NCBI RefSeq assembly: GCF_004010195.1
Contig: NC_057719.1
Span: 49,189,336-49,253,335 of the forward strand
Length of the DNA stretch: 64,000 bases
Direction of reading: 5' to 3'
Source: Chiloscyllium plagiosum
Lineage: Eukaryota
Shown: one piece after another, positions 53,001 through 61,972 of the stretch
How the letters are laid out: every line of letters begins with the position of its first letter
Position numbering within the stretch: the first letter of the stretch is position 1
Notes under the pieces: generated by a model
Seen by the model: only the letters and a program-made list of their open reading frames with translations
Databases searched by the model: none
What the model was told of the DNA's origin: nothing
Made by a program: the position numbers and the translations under genes

Positions 53001-54780
53001 AATTGGCCTTGAATAGTAAACAATACTTTAGCGAACTGAATGTTTAGATTTAGAATGTCTTAAATTTTCCATCTTAATAAATATAAATATACATTGATTT
53101 GATTGGAATTTTTGTTGCTTAACAGTTTTGTCAGGGCTGTATCTCACCGAATAATGCTAAATTGCAAGGATCCTTTTTAATTTGTCAGGACTAATAGAAT
53201 AGAATATCCATTATGTAGTAATGGATGCTTTTAACAACACTACATGTTATCACCTAAAATTTTGGTTAACCTTAAGTCTTTAATCCAAACATCTGTTTGT
53301 TTGCATCTTAGAAATCATTAATGTAAAGTAGTTAAATATAACCATGCAGATATTCAGCAAATCCACATTCAGAATTGAGGATCAGGCTGACTTGCCCTAT
53401 TTTCAGGAAGTTAATTGAACCATTTCTGTATTTCTATGACCAGATGGTCTATGATGTCAGACTGATGCTGGAGGCTTTCTAACGATAGTAAATAATTATG
53501 CATGGACACTTACATTATTGTATTGAAGTAACATAAATGCTATATTTTCTTCTAATTATAGTATATTTTTGTCATCATTGTAAGTACACTAAAGAAATAT
53601 GAAGCCCTGTGTAACTGGAAGTATGCTTTGTTGAAAATATAATGATTTTCTTTTCTAAGGTTACAAACTTGCCCTGTATATAACTTCTACAAATCTCCTG
53701 TAAGCTGCTCCTAACAGGAGATTGGTAATGGTATGCCATGCTCATCTATCCTCTGTCATTCACTGTGACTCGTACATAGCCTATCTGTGACCTTCAGCAA
53801 TAGCGAGGTCAAACTCCTGTCTCTGCTGCTGTCCACTTTGTCTTCGGTCTATAGCTTTTCAACTCTGATCACATGACAGAAATTGTTTTCGCTTTGTTTT
53901 TTTGATGTCATTCTTTAGAGTACTTCTTGCTCTTGCAATTTTCAAGCAACTCTTCTGAAATATTCTCATATTTTGTAAACATTTTTTCCATTTATATCTC
54001 CTTAAGTCAGCTTTCAAAAATGGTACATCAATTCTTCAGACATCACATTTTTTATAGATGAAAATCTGAAACTAATCAAAGCTTTTTTTCTTGTTTCCTG
54101 ATCAAACAACCTAACTTTAATGCAATTTACATCATAAGAATGAGGCTTGAGAGAAAAATACACCCCACTTTGACTTGCATTGTGTCCTTGCACCTTGAAG
54201 AACACAGTACAGTTATTAGTTAAGTAGCAGAATTATACTCTGTTACAAGTGCAATTTGCCCTTTTATAGAAAATAGGTCCTCCAAATCATCATGAGAGTT
54301 CCGTGTTTTCCATTGCATTCTCTCTTTTATGCATTTCTGTCTGTCTTAATCATCAACTAATCAAGATAAGTTTATAATTCCAGCCAGTGATTCTACTGTG
54401 CTTTATTTTTGGGAATTGGCAGGGGGAAGGATGTGGGGAATGGGATAAGAAAACGTCTGCCCAAACTGTTAGTCTTCCTATTTGGTGCATATCTTTTGCA
54501 TTCTTCAGATTAAAGCTGCTTTTACTAAATATGCAATTTCTCTTGAATTGCAACAGCTAATTGCACTTTTCTCTTTGTTTTTTATATATAGATTCCCTTG
54601 GTGTTGCAACTTTTTGACACGCTGCATGCACTCTGTAATCTCCTGGTTGTAGCACCTGACAACCTAAAGCAGGTCTGTTCTGGAGAGCATCTAACTAATC
54701 TTGACAAGAACATCCTTCATGCCTTCGTGCAGTTACGGTCTGACTACAGATCAGCACGCCTTGGTCGCCACTTCAGCTGA
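7811..54780 (+). CDS. EXOC5: Exocyst complex component 5 (Sec10), 5'-partial spliced CDS, 15 exons: 7811-8005, 11155-11219, 11688-11716, 12462-12571, 19676-19720, 19891-20031, 23404-23486, 30655-30864, 35989-36136, 36354-36462, 47175-47295, 47634-47720, 50766-50874, 52571-52786, 54592-54780
   Basis: Manual splicing gives a continuous frame from IAFQHFQELDEHISYVATKVCHLGDQLEG to DYRSARLGRHFS*, which I recognise as vertebrate EXOC5. Every junction is AG/GT and the phases are compatible (exon lengths 195,65,29,110,45,141,83,210,148,109,121,87,109,216,189). Confidence 0.97.
9350..9830 (+). mobile_element. CR1 LINE 3' fragment
   Basis: VMLQLYKTLMWLYLEYYVQFWSPHYGKDLEALERVQRR, the C-terminal CR1 ORF2 motif. 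Confidence 0.85.
11155..11219 (+). CDS. EXOC5: EXOC5 exon 5: IKEAADIIQKLHLIAQELPFDR
   Basis: tttttccttcag|ATT ... GACAG|gtgagc; 65 nt. Confidence 0.95.
11688..11716 (+). CDS. EXOC5: EXOC5 exon 6 (29-nt small exon): FAEVKSKIA
   Basis: ttttttttcacccctag|G ... GCAA|gtgagt; restores the frame between the neighbouring exons. Confidence 0.93.
11902..12319 (-). mobile_element. Penelope-like family A fragment (GIY-YIG C-terminus plus pLTR with hammerhead)
   Basis: ORF RFSEHLWDTRTNQPHRPVAQHFN...RRLEEERLIFRLGTLQPQG; the minus strand has attc-CTGATGA-agggc-tttt-gccc-GAAAC-GTC at 11994-12030. Confidence 0.85.
12462..12571 (+). CDS. EXOC5: EXOC5 exon 7: SKYHDLECQLIQEFTNAQRRGEISRMREVAAVLLHFK
   Basis: ctctgtag|GT ... 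AAG|gtattc; 110 nt. Confidence 0.95.
13150..13948 (-). mobile_element. Older CR1 copy, 3' half (host of the nested insertion)
   Basis: Decayed RT and C-terminal motifs on the minus strand; continues colinearly at 18141. Confidence 0.7.
13949..18140 (-). mobile_element. Near full-length CR1 (HER1-like) LINE, about 4.2 kb, with ORF1 (SGNH/GDS esterase-like) and ORF2 (APE+RT) disrupted
   Basis: ORF1 fragment VLGDSVVQGTDRYFCG; ORF2 fragments VGEHFGASNLNS, VDVIYMDFSEAFDKIP, TSGVPQESVLGP and LERVQKRFTR-like; (ctctatga)n-type tail near 13950. Confidence 0.9.
18141..18815 (-). mobile_element. Older CR1 copy, 5' continuation
   Basis: Resumes the RT N-terminal region (YRPVNL-like, cagattaaccggcctgtagtt) of the element broken at 13948. 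Confidence 0.65.
19128..19310. repeat. Old Penelope-pLTR-like imperfect inverted repeat
   Basis: ggcatctgtggagagagaaaccgagtcaatgcttcaagtc pairs with gacttgaaatgttaactctgtttctctctccacagatgttgcc; begins with gactgtggatgctgga, like the family A tail. Confidence 0.6.
19676..19720 (+). CDS. EXOC5: EXOC5 exon 8: GYAHCVDVYIKQCQE
   Basis: ctttttccag|GGG ... GAG|gtaatc; 45 nt. Confidence 0.95.
19891..20031 (+). CDS. EXOC5: EXOC5 exon 9: VSYFRNDLFEDTATLCQRVNKEVREVFSNPENVMAKLIQNIFEIKLQ
   Basis: tgtgcag|GTT ... CAG|gtaaag; 141 nt. Confidence 0.94.
20344..20470 (+). mobile_element. Penelope family A solo pLTR, decayed hammerhead
   Basis: gatgaagggcttttg...aaacgtcgattttcctgct...ctccagcatctgca. Confidence 0.75.
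21840..21969 (+). mobile_element. Penelope family A solo pLTR
   Basis: ttcctgaagaagggcttatgcccgaaatgtcgattctcc...ctccagcatctgcagtcctcactttctcct. Confidence 0.8.
23404..23486 (+). CDS. EXOC5: EXOC5 exon 10: SFIRDRLEECKKSDAEEYLKNLYDLYTR
   Basis: cctgtttag|AGT ... ACAAG|gtaaga; 83 nt. Confidence 0.95.
25146..25644. repeat. 499-bp near-perfect palindrome (249-bp arms, 1-nt centre at 25395)
   Basis: The arms are reverse complements with one mismatch seen (25240 G against 25550 T); the centre is (ttaga)3ttacttac-a-gtaagtaa(tctaa)3. Confidence 0.95.
25966..26271 (+). mobile_element. HE1-type tRNA-derived shark SINE, full length
   Basis: A box tggcacagtgg, B box gattcaattcc, core tgtgtggagtttgcacattct, CR1-like tail ending gtaagtaatctaatctaa. 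Confidence 0.85.
26765..28120 (-). mobile_element. 5'-truncated CR1 (HER1-like), inserted into an older LINE tail
   Basis: GVPQGWVLGPLLFVIYINDLD...SKFADDTK; ccattt is duplicated at 26759-26764 and 28121-28126. Confidence 0.9.
28370..28750 (-). mobile_element. Old SINE, possibly Deu-domain (SacSINE-like); related decayed copies near 6830-7085, 10425-10560 and 51140-51500
   Basis: Shared motifs across copies (gaagta.ttttgaagt.ta...c.ttgttgtaatgtag; aaagacagc.cctct; tgctatcagctgaacca). The family assignment is from recall. Confidence 0.45.
29508..30124 (-). mobile_element. 5'-truncated CR1 (HER1-like) with 7-bp TSD
   Basis: LERVQKRFTRMLPGLEGLSYRERL; agcactt at 29501-29507 and 30121-30127. Confidence 0.9.
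30655..30864 (+). CDS. EXOC5: EXOC5 exon 11: TTSLASKLAEFDLGTDKQTF...NHQKRSYGSGG
   Basis: ctttacag|G ... GAGG|gtaagt; 210 nt. Confidence 0.96.
31780..32675 (+). mobile_element. Ancient L2-like LINE remnant (similar remnants at about 21400-21800, 40740-41560 on the minus strand, and 57230-57660)
   Basis: ggagtcccccagaag (GVPQ) and AAEVLIHAFV, resembling the L2 C-terminal LIHAFVTSRLDY motif; heavily decayed. Confidence 0.5.
33295..33420 (+). mobile_element. Short element joining the 5' region and the 3' tail of the LINE at 1-2952
   Basis: gactccagaaccacagcaatgtgattgactcttaattgccct (compare 156-196) is followed directly by gggcaagtaaggatgggcaataaatgccagc (compare 2902-2931). Confidence 0.6.
34870..35160 (-). 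mobile_element. HE1-type SINE
   Basis: Reverse complement of the 25966 family; (ttaga)3 tail. Confidence 0.85.
35989..36136 (+). CDS. EXOC5: EXOC5 exon 12: IQDLKERIRQRTNLPLGPSIDTHGETFLSQEVVVNLLQETRQAFERCHR
   Basis: tcttgtag|G ... AGG|gtaaga; 148 nt. Confidence 0.96.
36354..36462 (+). CDS. EXOC5: EXOC5 exon 13: LSDSSDLPKNAFRIFTILVEYLCVEHIDYALEIGLA
   Basis: tttttatttatag|CTG ... GCAG|gtaatt; 109 nt. Confidence 0.96.
36664..39010 (-). mobile_element. CR1 (HER1-like) LINE spanning the assembly gap
   Basis: GLYYRPP (APE), KSPGPDQVYPR, FSKAFDKVPH, GVPQGSVLGP; N run at 38365-38842. Confidence 0.9.
38365..38842. other. Assembly gap (478 N)
   Basis: Run of n in the sequence. Confidence 1.
39137..39690 (+). 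mobile_element. Penelope-like family B: inverted pLTR (39137-39210) plus GIY-YIG remnant plus pLTR
   Basis: The + strand reads VIYKILCKNCSKHYIEQTDRKLATRICEH (GIY-YIG-like). The 39137-39210 segment is the reverse complement of about 39598-39668. Confidence 0.8.
40007..40330 (+). mobile_element. HE1-type SINE, slightly 5'-truncated
   Basis: ttagcactgctgcc...ggttcaattcc...tgtgtggagtttgcacatt...acactgtagggattctatga. Confidence 0.85.
41703..42062 (-). mobile_element. SINE related to the 5' region of the 1-2952 LINE, interrupted by a Penelope fold-back
   Basis: The reverse complement has a B-box-like gattcaaatccc, then aaaacccatctggttcaccaatgtccttc and atgtggttgactcttaactgccct. Confidence 0.65.
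41755..41856. mobile_element. Penelope family A mini fold-back insertion with 15-bp TSD
   Basis: 34-bp arms at 41789-41822 and 41824-41857; tttgtgggtatgtag at 41740-41754 and 41857-41871. Confidence 0.85.
42282..42776 (-). mobile_element. 5'-truncated CR1 (HER1-like)
   Basis: Same 3' end as the 26765 and 36664 copies; RGERYKRDLRGNFF...FKRHLDGYM. Confidence 0.9.
42918..43126. mobile_element. Probable non-autonomous DNA transposon (MITE, Tc1/mariner-pogo-like)
   Basis: Imperfect terminal inverted repeats tacgggttgttctgctataac and gttatagaagaactggttcta with TA ends, about 210 bp. Confidence 0.45.
43228..44383 (+). mobile_element. 5'-truncated CR1 (HER1-like), sense orientation
   Basis: DVIYMDYSKAFDRVPH, SKFADDTK, LEYCMQFWSP; tail ctctatgactcta. 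Confidence 0.9.
44176..44265 (+). mobile_element. Penelope family A pLTR piece nested in the CR1 3' end
   Basis: Identical to the 7316-7403 arm; it replaces about 19 nt (gtatatgaataggaagggt) present in sister CR1 copies. Confidence 0.85.
44610..45546 (-). mobile_element. Rex1/Babar-type LINE 3' fragment
   Basis: ILINFYKCTTESILSGCITVWDGN...KIVKDPSHPGNAL...LPSGRKYRSL...FKNSFF, the Rex1-type C-terminus; KFADDT upstream. Confidence 0.8.
45625..46930 (-). mobile_element. Older CR1 fragment
   Basis: SCLTNLLAYFE, DVVYLDFQKAFDKV, MEFNVGKYEIVH, IRKANGILAFI. Confidence 0.8.
47175..47295 (+). CDS. EXOC5: EXOC5 exon 14: IPSTDSKTGALYFLDVVQQANTIFHLFDKQFNDHLMPLL
   Basis: tttccttcag|CA ... TAAG|gtgaga; 121 nt. 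Confidence 0.96.
47634..47720 (+). CDS. EXOC5: EXOC5 exon 15: SSPKLTECLQKKKEVIEQMEVKLDTGIDR
   Basis: acctacag|C ... ACAG|gtaaat; 87 nt. Confidence 0.96.
48164..48420 (-). mobile_element. HE1-type SINE (5'-truncated)
   Basis: ttagattagattactta tail; core ggagaatgtgcaaactccacaca. Confidence 0.85.
48640..49875 (+). mobile_element. CR1 LINE (second subfamily), 5'-truncated with internal deletions
   Basis: SQHGFSKGRSCLTNLLEFFE, DFQKAFDKVPH, KFADDTK, LVRPHLEYCVQFWSP. Confidence 0.9.
50766..50874 (+). CDS. EXOC5: EXOC5 exon 16: TLNCMIGHMKHILSVEQKKTDFKPEDENNVLIQYTN
   Basis: ttttgttttgtgaag|G ... AAT|gtatgt; 109 nt. Confidence 0.95.
52571..52786 (+). CDS. EXOC5: EXOC5 exon 17: ACVKVCGYVRKQVEKNRNSMDGKNVD...AEYRKCAKEFK
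   Basis: ttttggctag|GCT ... AAG|gtgttg; 216 nt. Confidence 0.96.
54592..54780 (+). CDS. EXOC5: EXOC5 last coding exon: IPLVLQLFDTLHALCNLLVVAPDNLKQVCSGEH...RLGRHFS*
   Basis: tttttatatatag|ATT; TGA at 54778-54780; the C-terminus matches EXOC5. Confidence 0.97.
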   Translation: MPLVLQLFDTLHALCNLLVVAPDNLKQVCSGEHLTNLDKNILHAFVQLRSDYRSARLGRHFS

Positions 54781-57700
54781 AATCCTTGTTTTTTTGAAAT
54801 CTGAGTACAGTTTTGAAGCTTGATACGCTGGACTTTTTGGGCTTAGGTTGTTTCAAACTTCAGAAGCTTTAAATACAGGGCATTCCAACCCCTGTTACAT
54901 AGCCATTTACAAATATATTTGGGATATTTGTGACTTCACTAAAAAGCAGCCATTATTGAACTGTTTCATTGAAAAACAGGCTGAGTTAATCCAAGTTAAA
55001 CACAATAATATTTTTGCACAACTTATGCTCTAATGATTATCTGGAGCTGAACCTATCAGAAGCTACTAACATAACTCGTGTCCATATGTAACAAAATTGC
55101 TGTTCATAATTAAATACAATCAGGGAGGTTGTTGAAGCACTGAATAATAAATTTAAAGCTCAGTTCTATAAACACTTGTTTGAAGAAAATGTACAGTGTT
55201 TTATCCAGGTATAATGGATTCACTTGCTCTTACTGTACACAAATGTAACACTATATTAATAGTATATTTGTTTATACAGGTCTTTGATTAAACAGCTACA
55301 GCAGGTGCCTCAGCATATTGAACATGTTATTGCTTCATAGGTTATTTTGTTTGTCAGGGAATGGGGTGAGGGTTGAGGCGATTGTCATGTGTCTCTGTTA
55401 CGCCATTCCTATGTAAGTTAACTTAGCTTTAGTATTAATGAGCTACTGCAAGTAGTGCTCGATTAAATACATAATGCCTTTGACATCTCTGGTGTTATTA
55501 CTGTTCTCTGTTACACTAATAACAACATTGCTAGAGGAGATAGAAGAATTGAGCATTCTGAAAGTCATTGCTCTTAACGTATGGGGGAAATTTTTTTCTT
55601 AGTTAGTGAGTTTTAATTATTTTTGCTATAAATGTCAGTCATTTCAACAGACCTCAAATTTATTTTGTCAATGTTCTCTGAGTAAATCTTGCCTCTCAGT
55701 ATGACCAGAAGTACTACAAACAATTGGTCAGTAATTTTTACATTTTGTACTGATCCTTTTTCACACTCTAGAATATGATTTTACATCATTCCCAACAGTT
55801 GTAATTGTTGTAATTATTTCCTGTGCATTCTGTGCAGTATTTCTTCTGGAATATGAAGAGTGAACGATTGGAAATGATCAGTGGAAAGCTGCAGAATTCC
55901 TCCACTAGTAAAATTGTAAACATTACTTCCTCATGATTAAACTGCAAATGCCCCAGTATACAGAGTAGTTGAAGTATTTCTCTTTATTTCTGTATTATTG
56001 TCAATAATCCTTGATACTATTATCTGTATGTGGGGAAAGATGAGATGTTACATTTTAATTATCCTTGAATGCTAAGGACAAAAGATATTTAAATCTGAAA
56101 CAACCTTAGTCATATGATTGGGCGAACAGGTATGACCTTTCATTTTATAACTCAAACCATCTCTTAGCGGCTGCAGGTCTAATTGTTCAAAGTCAGGAAA
56201 GCTCAAAATAGGAAAGAAAGGCAAACCCACTGAGGTACTTTTATTTTTTGAGTATTCTGATAAATCAATAGTTTAAAATTACTTTGTTCAATAATGTGTT
56301 TGATTTCCCATATATTACACTTCCTTTTCCAGACATTTAGCAACAAGTATGTTGTAGCTCGTGGAGTAATGCAGTGGAGGCTTGTAACATACGCCCATTT
56401 GCCATTCGTGACCCAGTAGACCATGCAGTAATTCTAGCAGTAAAGTTTATTCATTATTCAAAACTGTTGAATCTGAAGCTAAGCTATTACTTTTGTTGGA
56501 AGTTTCATTTGACCTTAATTTTATTTCAGCCTAAAGGACTTCGAATGAATGGGAATATGGTATAAAACTGTTACCTCCATTTGGGGTTTGAATATTTATT
56601 AACCTGATTTCCAGGAACCCTTAGCTTGAAACTATGTGCAGGTACCAAAAGTTGAATAACTTTAGGTAATGAGGTCTGACATCAGTTAAACCTTGATAAC
56701 ATGATTTTCAATGTGTGGAAAAAATTGCAAACACCATGATGCTTTCAAGCATGGATTTAATAATAAGGATATAAGACAGCACTTGAAATAGCATTTGTGT
56801 CTTTCGTGTGTGTGTGTGTGTGTCAGTGTCTGTCTCTATCTCTCTCAGAATAGCATGTGCATGCTGTTAAGTACCAGAAAACTTAAGGAGAAAATACTTA
56901 TGCCTTAAAATCTGTTGTTGCCATCTGTCTCTTCCTTCACCAGCTTCCATATACAGTATTCCAGCATTGACAACACCCACCAACTGCCTACTATCCATTT
57001 GGAAAAACACTGGCAAGACAAAAGGCATTGCCTTTGGCCCATATCACATCACCTGCCCTGTAATGTTGCATACCAAGTGTTGTATCCTGTTTAACTCCTG
57101 AGTTGAGGTGCCAGCTGCTATGGTCTCTGTCACAAAGATCCCTTGCTCCCATCTCAAATAATATTATGCACTATAAACCTAACAAAAACCTAACAAAACA
57201 CATCTAATACTGAAATCCCCCACCACTAATTTTATGAGATTGGACTATTCTAATACTCCCTTGCACAGCATTATCTTTGTAAACCTTAGTTCTCCAAGCT
57301 TTACTACTTTTATTCTTTCAAACATGAAGTTCTATACCACCACTACCCACCTTCTTGGCTTCCTCATTGCCTTACCCATCCCTAAAATTACTCCTCTGCT
57401 CCAAACATACTTTATTTAATTCTGAACTCTTGTGCCCTGTCACCACGCCATTGCTCCATCATTCTTGCCTGTCTTAAGCTTTTCTGAGACCCCATACTCT
57501 TGGATTCTATCTCTAGACTTCTTTTTCTGCTTTGAGACCATATACACACCCTCCTGTTCTGTAAATGCCTCCTTTGAATCAGTAGCTAGTTTTTTCGTAC
57601 CCATGAATAATTTTACTATGTTTTTCTGTTAAGTTGGATATCCAAATGCAAGTTCATTTTATTGAGAAGAGCAAGAGAGCTTTGGTCAATTTTCTTCATT

Positions 57701-60700
57701 CTACAAATTGCAAAAAATAAGTCCAAGATTCAGTTCCAAAAATGACCTCTGGCTGTGAACCTTGAATGTAAGATATAAGGTAGTCTAAATTTGAAGTTGG
57801 TATTAAAAATAAGATGACAAATTGTTTTGGTAATTTGCAGGGCTTTCGGGTATGGAATTTGCTGTGAGTTAGTCATGGAACCAAGATCCATAATCACTTT
57901 GTAAGTGAAGTAGATAATCAACTCTGAACGTTTGGAAGAGAAAAGTAAGAATAAGGGGGCTAATGGGATAACTTATTTTATGCTGCAAAATTCCATATAT
58001 TTGACTTAAGGCACACAGTGTTTGCAGTTCTAAATAATTGTTCAAAATATGAAGTGCTACACTTTAACTTCTCCAGCGTGTTTTGGTCTTCAACAATATT
58101 TATTGAGGAAATGTGTCAAAGGGTTACATGTACATTCTTTCATTAGCCAATCTGTGCTTCAGAGAATTGAAGTGCAGTTGCCAAGCTTACACGGCTTTGT
58201 CCAGTTGGATCTCCCTAATCTGGAGAATTCACAATGGATTCTGCAGCTGATAGGTTCCTGTAATGGACTGGAAGGGATTTGCTCTGTGATGCCTCAGTTA
58301 GAATACAAGTTAATTCAGAAATTGTGTTGCAAAGCCTGCTTGATGGGAGAAAGAAGTTGGTCTCCATTGCAGTATGGTGCTATTTGTACTCTTTACTTCC
58401 CTCCAGATAAAGGATAACTATGGCAGTTACTGTCTGATCTTTTAAGTTAACATAGCACCTCAGAGCTGCTGCTGTTTTTGACATGAGACCTAAACCTGAC
58501 ACTCAGTAAGCTCTTGTATCCTTTTTGAGTCCATGTTTCCTTTTGATCTAAAACTGGCACTCTAGACGATTTTCTTGGTGCTGGCTTTGTCTCAGCCAAA
58601 TAAATCTGTGTTCCACGATTTTGTGGTTGAACAACTCTTCCTCCTAAGACGTGAAAATAACAGTTCAATTTTTATCCAAAGTTCTTGTTCAAGTTGTGGT
58701 GGAATTTCATTTGACTTGGGGATTACAGTCACTTATTTAAATGCAGCACCTCACCCGTATGAGAAGATTGTCTTTTTACTTTGGATAACCTGACTTCCAA
58801 GTTATGTCTGATATAGTCAAATATATTTAAACTCCTAACTTTTTAAGGACATAGAATTTTTTTTCACTCAACCTTATTGAAATATTTTGGGGCCAGACAA
58901 AATACGTATGTAAGGCTTATTATCCAATGTAATGCACACTTTTATGAAATGGTAATCATTTGATATTGCTGGTAAAGAAGATTTGGCAGAACCTTGGCAT
59001 CTGTTGTCCCTGTCCATTATATCATCTATTTTCCTTGTCCTCATGGTGTTCAAATAAAAATATTATTTCTACACTTTACTCCACTGTATTGTTGAGTAGT
59101 TCCATCCTACCTTTTAATTTCAATACAAATGTTTAGCCAAAATGGTAAACTACAAAACATGAATTTCCACGTACTAAAATTGAACCATTTAACACTATCA
59201 GCTATGTGTCTCTTATCTGATTTGTCTCATAAGTCACTAACAAAAAAAAAACATGAAAAAGTTGAGTTAAAGGTGTGCAATCCTTTACAATTTGTTATTG
59301 ACTCGTGATTCAAACGCTCAATTCTTCAAATAACATTCACCCCTATTTTTGATTTGATTATAGCTATCAAATTTAATAGACCTTTCATGGCTATTAAAAT
59401 ATTGTATCATATTTTTCATATTATTGAGGAAGTCTCAATGGCCCTGATCTTTAGCAGTTTAATCAGTGATTGTTCTTTTAATGTTTAGAAGAAGCTAGAG
59501 ATTGTGTGATGAACAGGATAATACTATTTTATTGAATTTTCTCTTTTTGCACCCATCAAGCCTTATTCAATTTGACTTTGGTGAGGTATTATGTCAGATG
59601 CCTGCTGGGACTCTGGCTTGATTCAGCTTAATATTGAAAATATCTGAATTGCCAACTTCTCTTATTTATGAAGAATTAGAGCAACAATAATCTTCAGATT
59701 TTTTTTCTTCTGTCCTTTTTGGGTATAACCAGATGGTGATCAGCAATTTTGCACAGTATTCCATTTATATTTTACTAAAGGAATAATTTATTGTGGTTAC
59801 AAATAATCCATAATTTATTAAGACAGCTTACTTAAAATCCATTTTGGAATTTACACAATGTGTACACAAAAATCAAACTGGTTACTTTGGAAACATATAT
59901 GCATTTTGATGCCACCAAAACCTGAAACTACAAATAAATTGAGTATAAGTGTTAGCTGTTAATTAATAGTAATGTTTAACATGTATACATGTATTACCTA
60001 GGGATCTGAAATGGTCACAAAGAAGTTAGGGAAAAGAAATTAAGCTTATGCAATTTTCCAAACATCCACCACTGCTAGCACTGTAATTTCACATCCTTCC
60101 TTTAGATGGCATGTTTTGATAACGACAGTCAGTTTAACTGCACTTCTTTTGAGGAAAGTATGTTTTTAATTGAAATTTCTCTTTGAAATACCTGCTTACA
60201 TTTATTCCAAAAATTACCACAATGGGTAAAAAAAACTTGTAACTTCATGTTAACTAGTATAGCTGGTGTATAAGGTTAAAAGTTATTCCAGTTTTTAAAG
60301 CACATCAAAAACAGGAGCATGAATTGTATGGGAAACTTAATACCGTGAAATCAAATAGTTGAAAAATAACTAATTAAAAAGCTGTCATTTTATATTTTTA
60401 AAATCGAAAAAAATGAAAATACTCAAGCCAAGCAACATCTGTGAAGGGAGAAACCGGGTTAATGCTTCTGCAGGTGATCTTCTGTTGGAGTTGCCAATTG
60501 GAGCTGACTTTTGAGCATTTAAGTTGTAAACTTAACTGTTCGGTTATTTTAGTTTTAACTGAAACCTTTGTTATTTGAAGCCTGTGTAAAAGGAAATTGA
60601 TCTTCTAAAATTTGCAATGTTTAAACCTCTTGAAGTTAAAATTTCAGTGATATGTAAATTTTTGCTGAGTTGTTAAGGAAGGTCCCAAAAGCATTTTCTA

Positions 60701-60760
60701 AAGTTGTATGCATGTATCTGAATTGATGTTTTAAATAAAATTGTTTTAATGAAAATAATT
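54781..60760 (+). other. EXOC5: Putative long EXOC5 3'UTR with candidate AATAAA signals at 55146, 59053, 59933 and 60734
   Basis: AT-rich, follows the stop codon and contains no young repeats. The distal AATAAA (60734-60739) is preceded by two TGTA motifs (about 60705-60716) and followed by a T/G-rich tract. The end point is inferred. Confidence 0.5.
56806..56822. repeat. (GT)n microsatellite
   Basis: gtgtgtgtgtgtgtgtg. Confidence 0.8.
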
Positions 60761-60884
60761 TTAGGTTGCATGAATATAGTTAGGTGTCACTGCAATCTTA
60801 CAGAAAATGCATGAAGTATGTATCGCATTTAGACATATCAAAATCATTCACATCATTTTTGGTAACTGGTGAGATGCACATAAA

Positions 60885-61325
60885 GAGGCATTGTGGCATT
60901 GTTGAACTAGTAATCCAGAGACAATGACTAATGCATCAGTAATAGTGATTTGAATCACATTGTGGCAGATGTTGAAATTTGAATTCAGTTAATAAATCTA
61001 GCGTAATGGTGACCATGAAATCATTACCAATTTGTTGGAAAAGCCTAACTGGTTCACAAATCTATGTAGGGAACAACCTGGACTACTTGAGTGATTCCAG
61101 ATGCACAGTTGACTCTTAAAATATCCTCTGGAAAAAGCCTAGCAGGCCACTCAGTTGTGTCTTAACTATTGGATCTGATAAAAGGAATGAAACTGGATAG
61201 ACTATCTGGCATTGACTAAGGCACTGTAAATGACAACAGCAAAGACAGCGATCCTGCAAAGACCTCGTGACGAAGTGGAGGCTTGGGCCAAAATTGGGAG
61301 AGGTGTCTCACAGTCTAGTTTAACA
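60885..61325 (+). mobile_element. Second copy of the 5' end of the LINE at 1-2952, including the upstream SINE-like head
   Basis: Colinear with 1-390: aatttgaattca, gaccatgaaa, gcctagcaggccactcagtt, aaattgggagag.tgtctcacag.ctagt. Confidence 0.65.
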
Positions 61326-61618
61326 ATGACAAGTGATTTCTTCCAAACCTGCAAAATATTTAAAAAGAATGGACTGGATAGATACAGATAAGATCTTCCC
61401 TTGGCTGGGGAGTCAAGGAACAAGGGACATTAATTTCACAGAATTGCATAGTGCAGAATGAGGCTATTCAACCCATCGTGGCTGCACTGGCTTTTGAAAT
61501 GAGTATCATTGGATCTAGGTAATCTTCTGTATTAGCGAATTTTAAGAAGATTTATAGCTCCGGTTGAAGTTCTGGGTGTAAGTTTGCTCACTGAGCTGGA
61601 AGATTCATTTTCAGACGT

Positions 61619-61930
61619 TTAGATTAGATTACTTACAGTGTGGAAACAGGCCCTTCGGCCCAACAAGGCCACACCTCCCCGCCGAAGCGCAACCCACCCA
61701 TACCCCTACATGTACCCCTTACCTAACACCACGGGCAATTTAGCATGGCCAATTCACCTGACATGCACATCTTTGGACTGTGGGAGGAAACCGGAGCACC
61801 TGGAGGAAACCCACGCAGACAATGGGAGAACGTGCAAACTCCACACAGACAGTCGCCTGAGGCGGGAAATGAACCCGGGTCTCTGGCGCTGAGGCAGCAG
61901 TGCTAACCACTATGCCACCGTGCCGCCCAC
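61619..61930 (-). mobile_element. HE1-type SINE, full length
   Basis: ttagattagattacttacagtg tail through gcagcagtgctaaccactatgccaccgtgccgccc head. Confidence 0.85.
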
Positions 61931-61972
61931 CATACTAGGTTTAGTCTCCATACTAGGTAACATCAGTGAGCT

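Noticed and set aside
58049..58417. 122-aa ORF in the putative 3'UTR
   Set aside because: No recognisable domain or splice context; the length is compatible with chance.
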